The translations under genes and the position numbers were made by a program. The notes under the pieces were generated by a model, which saw nothing but the letters and a program-made list of their open reading frames with translations, made no database searches and was not told the DNA's origin. From assembly GCA_001275005.1 (NCBI GenBank), contig JWZX01002626.1, forward strand, positions 1-35,456: a stretch of DNA of 35,456 nt, written 5' to 3'. Shown in pieces: positions 30,295-35,456 of this stretch (positions within the stretch are counted from its first letter, which is position 1; every line of letters starts with the position of its first letter). The stretch is from Chrysochromulina tobinii (Eukaryota).

Positions 30295-31134
30295 ATGCGA
30301 AAAGGCGCGGCCATCTGCATCCATCCGCGAGACGTCGTAAAGGAGCCTGCACGCGTGCGGCTGCGCGTTGTGTGCGTGCCGCAGGCTGGCATGGGTGCAT
30401 GGGCCTTCCACGGCTGGCAGGAACATTTCCGACCCGAGGTGGAGATTTTTCCTGTTGAGATCCCGGGCCGCAACTCGCGAATGACTGAGCCCAAGCCGAC
30501 AACAATGGGAGAGCTCGTCAAGAACCTCTTCGCCGACCTCGAAGCGTGTGGCACCTTCAACAAGCCTTATGTCCTGCTCGGTCACAGCCTCGGAGCGCTT
30601 GTCGCCTACGAGCTCGTGGCGGAGGTGCTCCGCAAGGGCGTGCGCGAGCCCTCGCTCTTCATCGCGTCGGGCGCGCGCGCGCCGCACCTTGCGGCCCTTG
30701 AGCACGACGCCGACGTGCTGCAGCCGGCCATTTCCGAGCTCTCCGATTCGGAATTCTGGAGGCACTTTGAGCGCCGGTATGGGCGCAACCCTGACCTCGC
30801 CTCCCCGGACATACAGGCCATGGTGCTGCCACTGCTGCGGACCGACTTTGGGATCCTCGAGACATACAGGCCCAGCCGCGCCGCCGCGCCGCTTCCGTGC
30901 TCGCTCGTCGCCTGCTGCGCCCGTGACGACGCGCGGCTCAAGCCGGGCCAGCTTGAAGCGTGGGCAGCGTACGCCGCCGACGGTCAGTTTCGTGAGCAGA
31001 CCTTTGAGGTGACGCCTCTGCCGTGGTCGACGCCCCATCGGTACCTCATCGAATCACCGAGCAGCTTCCAGACGTTTCTCGCGCGCGAGTGCGACGAGCT
31101 GCTCAGTGATTTGGCGTTCCTCGTCGCCACATAG
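30295..31134 (+). CDS. Stand-alone type II thioesterase (alpha/beta hydrolase, GrsT/RifR-like)
   Basis: CVPQAGMGA, VEIPGRNSRMTE, nucleophile elbow GHSLG, SGARAP, LPLLRTDF..LETY and a late His (PHRYL). Confidence 0.9.
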   Translation: MRKGAAICIHPRDVVKEPARVRLRVVCVPQAGMGAWAFHGWQEHFRPEVEIFPVEIPGRNSRMTEPKPTTMGELVKNLFADLEACGTFNKPYVLLGHSLGALVAYELVAEVLRKGVREPSLFIASGARAPHLAALEHDADVLQPAISELSDSEFWRHFERRYGRNPDLASPDIQAMVLPLLRTDFGILETYRPSRAAAPLPCSLVACCARDDARLKPGQLEAWAAYAADGQFREQTFEVTPLPWSTPHRYLIESPSSFQTFLARECDELLSDLAFLVAT

Positions 31135-31428
31135 CCGCGTGCCTGCGGTTGACTGTTGTGCGGGCTGACGCGCGGGGGTCGGCGGCACGTCAGTGAGTCT
31201 TGCGAGTCTGAGTGACAGTGATTGTCGAATCCTGAACAACACCTACCACAGCGCGTACGCAGCTGCGTGTTACCTACGCAGCTACCTGTACACACGGTCC
31301 AGAACGCGTGATTCGGGCCTTCCTCCGCGGCCGCGCTCGGCCGTTCCGGATCTCGGTGCACGGTGTCCAGTGTGCACGCGAGCCCGAGCTGCGGGAAGCC
31401 CGCACCACGCACACGCGTGTACGTTTCA

Positions 31429-32796
31429 TCACGTCGGCGCGCCGTGGACCGGGGCCGGGCGTCCGTGTGATGAAGACCGCCGGTGACCTCTCAAGCGCCC
31501 AAGACGGCGCCCTCCGGAGCCGCGATGGCGTGCCCATGGCAACGGTCCACCGAGCGCGATGGCCCTCACCGACCAGACGAGCAAGCCCGCCACGAACATC
31601 CCGAGTGGCGCCTGAAGCTTCACGAGCTCCCGTGCCGAAACGGCGAGCGCCGCATCCATCGCGTGCCCCACTGGTGACCCACGGATGGCATCGCCGATGG
31701 CGGCCGCCGCCATGGCTCCGGGCGTCTCGGCCACCGCGCCCACAGCAGTCCGCAGAGCCTGCAGCCCATCCTGCAACCCATGCTGCAACCCTGGGGGGCC
31801 TGAACGCACACTGGCCGCATGCTCTCGCAGCGCCACCAGCGCCTCGTCGGGAGTGCTCACGCAACGTCGCAGGTAGCTCGCCTGACCATCCTGACGCAGC
31901 TGCGGCAGCGCCCATAGCAGCGCCACGCCAGGGCAAGTCAGCAGCTCGGCAGGTAGGGTGGTGCATCTAGAGTGGAGCACGCGTGCACACTGGAGGGCGG
32001 GGCTGCCTGCCGCGCTGGCCACGCGCGCCGCCGTGCGCAGCGCCTTGGATGCCGAGGGCAGCACGAGCGCCAACGCGAGCCGTGGAGTGCCCCCTGCGGT
32101 GGATAGAAGCCCGTGGAGCTGGGCCGAGGTGCATACGCTAGGCAGCTCTGGAAGTGAGTCCACAGCTGCGTCGACCAGCTCGGTGGCATTGAGTGGCGCA
32201 GCAAAATGGCGCGCGCCCGCTGCCGCGGTGATCAGGACCGCCGCGGGAAGGTCCATGCTGCCGCCGGGCATCAAGCTGCGAGCGAGCTGTGGCTCGGCCT
32301 CGACGTCCAGCGCGGCAACGTGCACAGCTCCACGCAGCTGCCGGCGCACCTCGAGCATCGCAGGTGCGGAGCGTGCTGCTCGTGGTGAGCCTCCGAGATG
32401 CAAGAAGAGCAGCGCGGTGCGGCCACGACGCAAATGTTCGTGCAGTGCGCCGACTGAGTGGCGCCGTAAGTAAGGCATGCCGCTCGCCCAGCGAAACGAA
32501 CGCGATTGCGCGGAGCCTAGAACGATGGACCGCACCATCGCGAGCGGCCCACGCCGTCGGTGCTTCATCTCGCCATCCGCCTCACGTTGCATGTCGTACT
32601 CGCGTCGCCTCTCCATGTCACCAATGATGTCCCATGCACAATTGATCGCCGCGAGCCTGGCGGTGGCCGAGGCCTCGGAGCTCTTGTCCGGGTGATGTTT
32701 CAGTGCGAGGGCACGGTATGCGCGCTTGATGTCGGCGGTCTCAGCATCGGGAGCGACTCCCAAAGTCTTGTAGTGGTCAGGTAACTTGGGAGGCAT
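31429..32796 (-). CDS. DnaJ-domain protein with a redox-inactive thioredoxin-like fold and C-terminal TM segment
   Basis: DHYKTLGV..IKRAYRALALKHHPDK..RRREYD J-domain; Trx-like VHVAALDVEAEPQLA..LPAAVLI without CxxC; hydrophobic C-terminus. Confidence 0.85.
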   Translation of the reverse strand: MPPKLPDHYKTLGVAPDAETADIKRAYRALALKHHPDKSSEASATARLAAINCAWDIIGDMERRREYDMQREADGEMKHRRRGPLAMVRSIVLGSAQSRSFRWASGMPYLRRHSVGALHEHLRRGRTALLFLHLGGSPRAARSAPAMLEVRRQLRGAVHVAALDVEAEPQLARSLMPGGSMDLPAAVLITAAAGARHFAAPLNATELVDAAVDSLPELPSVCTSAQLHGLLSTAGGTPRLALALVLPSASKALRTAARVASAAGSPALQCARVLHSRCTTLPAELLTCPGVALLWALPQLRQDGQASYLRRCVSTPDEALVALREHAASVRSGPPGLQHGLQDGLQALRTAVGAVAETPGAMAAAAIGDAIRGSPVGHAMDAALAVSARELVKLQAPLGMFVAGLLVWSVRAIALGGPLPWARHRGSGGRRLGRLRGHRRSSSHGRPAPVHGAPT

Positions 32797-33020
32797 GATA
32801 AGTGGGAGCCGTCGAGACGCACATCCTGGGTGCCCGACACACCCACGCGACGTCCGCGGTCGAGGTGTGAAGCGTCACCGCCGACAATGAACCAAATTGT
32901 TCGTGCAGGTCTGTGTCTCTTCCTTTTACAAAAACACTGGGTGGAGCCGTCCACTTGTGTTGATTTTCTGACTCGATTTTCATTGCCGAAACTCTTGCGT
33001 CCCCCGACCATTGTGGCGCG

Positions 33021-33680
33021 ATGCTCGCTCTTCTCTCGCGCCGATCGGCTCTGATGCGGCCGAGCGTTCGCCGCGTGAATCTCAATGCGGCATGCGCTTC
33101 GCCTCGCCCGGCTCTGATGCGGCCGAGCGTTCGCCGCGTGAATCTCAATGCGGCATGCGCTTCGCCTCGCCGCTGGTTGTCTGCCAAGGCCGAGGTGCCA
33201 GGACAGCCGCCTGCTGCCGAGGCGCCCGTGATGCTCTTCGAGGGTCCAAAGGCTAAGCTAGTGCGCACAATGAAGATGGTATCGATTGCCAACCTAGGGT
33301 TCGCGGTTGCATCCACGCCCATACTTTATGCGGTTACCTTGGCGAGCGGTGCCCCTGGCAAGGGGATCGCGATGTCAGCCTTGCTGCTACTGTTCGGCGG
33401 CGGCACGACCGGCGCCCTCACATGGGCGACACGGACCTATGTGAAGAGCATTCATTCGGTGCCTGGCAGCACACAGCTCGCGATCGTCACGCCCACCTTT
33501 TTCGGCGCCGACTTGCTGAGTCAGGTGCCATTGGCGGCGGTGGGGCGGGTTGATACCTACCACCCATTCGCCACGTTCTCGGCAGATGGCCGGATCTTCT
33601 ACTTGGACGAGCTCGGACAGTTAGACGCGAGCCTGCAGAACGTGTTGGAGAAGGCTCTCAACGCGCCGAGCGGCCAGTGA
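33021..33680 (+). CDS. TMEM70: TMEM70/TMEM186-family mitochondrial inner-membrane protein
   Basis: Arg/Ser/Ala-rich presequence, FEGP..LVRTMKMVS, two TM helices, TT..LTWATRTYV, PFATFSADGRIFYLD. Confidence 0.7.
   Translation: MLALLSRRSALMRPSVRRVNLNAACASPRPALMRPSVRRVNLNAACASPRRWLSAKAEVPGQPPAAEAPVMLFEGPKAKLVRTMKMVSIANLGFAVASTPILYAVTLASGAPGKGIAMSALLLLFGGGTTGALTWATRTYVKSIHSVPGSTQLAIVTPTFFGADLLSQVPLAAVGRVDTYHPFATFSADGRIFYLDELGQLDASLQNVLEKALNAPSGQ
33046..33171 (+). repeat. Perfect in-frame 63-bp tandem duplication
   Basis: cggctctgatgcggccgagcgttcgccgcgtgaatctcaatgcggcatgcgcttcgcctcgcc x2. Confidence 0.95.
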
Positions 33681-33985
33681 GCCTCTAGCAATATCGGTTG
33701 CAAGAGCCATGCGAAGTCCGCTGCGAAGTGCGATGGCCATCACATGCGGACGGGAGTTGCGGACCGTACTTTCGCAGTGCCCCCCACAACTGATAAAAAC
33801 GGGTCCTATGGTCACACAGTACCGCGACGGCGTTATGCAGCCCGACCCTGTTATGTGTGTCTAAGGTGTCGAGATTCTAACTGCAATGGGGCTGTGCAAC
33901 AGTCATATGAGAAAGGTGTATGTAAAGCGCGACGCCGGGGGGTAACTCACTTAAAAACTCTCTACCCCGTCGAGACGCTGTCAGT

Positions 33986-34055
33986 GTCACTCTCACTGAC
34001 TCACTGACTCACAGACTCACAGACTCACTGACTCACTGACTCACTGTTCACTGAG
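33986..34055. repeat. Degenerate 8-mer tandem repeat (actcactg/actcacag)n
   Basis: tcactgac tcactgac tcacagac tcacagac tcactgac tcactgac tcactg. Confidence 0.9.
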
Positions 34056-34068
34056 TGCCGACGATGTG

Positions 34069-34223
34069 CCACTGAGTTCAAAATCAGGTGGTGGGGATAG
34101 TGTGTGAATCCAGAAAGAATACCTCCCCCTACCCCTTTGGGTCAGTGACCACTGAGTTCAAAATCAGGTGGTGGGGATAGTGTGTGAATCCAGAAAGAAT
34201 ACCTCCCCTACCCCTTTGGGTCA
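34069..34223. repeat. Near-perfect tandem duplication, period 80 bp
   Basis: ccactgagttcaaaatcaggtggtggggatagtgtgtgaatccagaaagaatacctcccc(c)tacccctttgggtca at 34069 and 34149; the copies differ by one C. Confidence 0.95.
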
Positions 34224-34572
34224 AGCTGCGTGGTTCCTTTGGTCTTCCTACAGCCAATTCACAGCAAATGTTTGTAATTCGACACCCAAGACGCAAGAGC
34301 CGTACATACGTGTGCGGTTACAACTAGCTCGGGGACCCCTGGACCCCTTATCACATCCATACTCGATCAGCCGCCGGGCCGGGCCGCTTAACGCTTAGCC
34401 CCGCCCGGTCGCCTTAAGCGCGTGTCCTTGATAAGGCGCATCTTCATCTCGGTGATCTTCTTCCGGATCCCCTGTTCGCGTCGACCACAAGCGCAGCCGC
34501 TGCGAGCTGCTGCGTGTGGTGTACGAAGAACGACTTGGCGCTCGTGCTCGACCCAATTCACACTCACACCTT

Positions 34573-35456
34573 ATGATGGTGCGAAGCCACCACCTTGTGC
34601 TCGGTGCGTTCGTGATCGGGGCGTTCGTGGTCGAATCCTCAACGTCGAGTCCCAAACCGTCGAGCGCACCATCGCCATCCAAAGCACCATCCAAAGCGCC
34701 ATTCCCGTCGAAATTTCCATCGAAAGCGTCGGCGCCATCAAAAGCGCCGTCCGTCATCACCAATCCGTGCCTGGCTTCGCCGCTGCGCACGGGCGACACG
34801 ATCCAGCCGCAGTGCGCATCGTTTTGCAAGCCCACCGACTGCAGTCTCTGGTGCAAGTGTCAAGCGTGCACACCGTGCCTCCCACCGCCGCCGCTTCCAC
34901 CTCGGCCTCCGCCTCCGCCTCCGCCACCGCCGCCGTCGCCGTCGCCGCCCGCGGTTAGTTGCGAGTCGACCATCGCTGCTGATAGTGCCGTCGAGGAGTG
35001 TGCAGCGTGGTGTTCGCAGACGCCCAAGCTGTACGAACAGCAGTGCGTGATGAAGACGACTCGAATGCCTGAGTTTGTGGGCCGCCTTGTTCCGCCTGGT
35101 TCCGCCTTGCACCGCGCCCTGCGCACCTGCTTCGCTCGCTCTGAAAAGGCTATCCACGTGCCCTCTCGAGTCGCACTGTCGCAGCTGTGCCATGTGCAAG
35201 TGCCGTCGATGCCAGTGGTGCCAGCGCAAGCCTCATCACGAGGGCACGTTTGACCGTCGCGGCCCGTTCAGCGGCCTGTGTTGCTTCTTCCCAGCGAAGG
35301 CGACGAGCTGCGATCCCGACTACGCGGGCGGGTGCACCTCCTTTGGCTCTCCTTTTGAGCCTGACAATTGGTGTCATTCGAGCGCGGCGAGTTGCGCCAA
35401 GTGCGGCGCGTTCCGATATTGCCCGAAGCTCTTGGACCCTCCGCCCGCGCACCCGC
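34573..35456 (+). CDS. Secreted Pro/Cys-rich protein, partial; join(34573..35042,35185..>35456)
   Basis: Signal-like N-terminus, PSKAP repeats and poly-Pro. Removing GT-AG intron 35043-35184 restores a second C..WC..HC..CKC..C..C module and leaves the frame open to the window end. Confidence 0.75.

Larger units (their letters stand above)
33980..34557 (-). mobile_element. 5'-truncated non-LTR retrotransposon 3' end (RLE/CRE-like): ORF tail, 3'UTR, duplicated terminus, 8-mer repeat tail
   Basis: Minus 34557-34389 reads STSAKSFFVHHTQQLAAAALVVDA[frameshift]GIRKKITEMKMRL..*, resembling the QRLS.A...GNA..I helix that ends RLE-type ORFs. It is followed by ~320 bp of non-coding DNA and (agtgagtc)n. 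Confidence 0.6.

Noticed and set aside
21504..31134. Methyltransferase + MBOAT + thioesterase as a biosynthetic gene cluster
   Set aside because: There is no core synthase and the genes are interleaved with unrelated housekeeping genes.
33986..34223. Repeat arrays as a possible CRISPR
   Set aside because: Adjacent tandem units with no unique spacers, in a eukaryotic context with no cas genes.

Overview
GC-rich, gene-dense, intron-poor eukaryotic nuclear DNA. The gene content, short repeat-filled GT-AG introns and Cys-rich secreted modules suggest a haptophyte-like alga (inference). Host genes, left to right: P4H-like 2OG-Fe(II) oxygenase (3 exons), CXXC zinc-finger protein, papain-family cysteine protease, DNA polymerase theta (POLQ, 4 exons, ~2760 aa), PEP carboxylase, a Gly/Tyr/Gln-rich protein with a bipartite-like leader, class I SAM methyltransferase, WW-domain protein, MBOAT wax-synthase-like acyltransferase, an orphan protein, thioredoxin-like protein, LONRF-like RING/LON-domain protein, type II thioesterase, DnaJ/thioredoxin-fold protein, TMEM70-like protein and a Cys/Pro-rich secreted protein running off the right edge. 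The ORF track misses several things. (i) A >530-codon minus-strand frame runs off the left edge and encodes RING-H2 + C2H2 + C2HC fingers; it is probably the N-terminus of a retroelement ORF and appears interrupted by a ~370-bp internal inversion. (ii) A probable 5'-truncated RLE/CRE-like LINE 3' end with a duplicated terminus and 8-mer tail lies near the right edge. (iii) A hairpin-rich intergenic element ends in a perfect 24-bp palindrome. (iv) POLQ has two apparent extra modules and introns bounded by direct repeats. No rRNA, tRNA or CRISPR array was found. All family assignments come from motif recognition by eye, with no database search.
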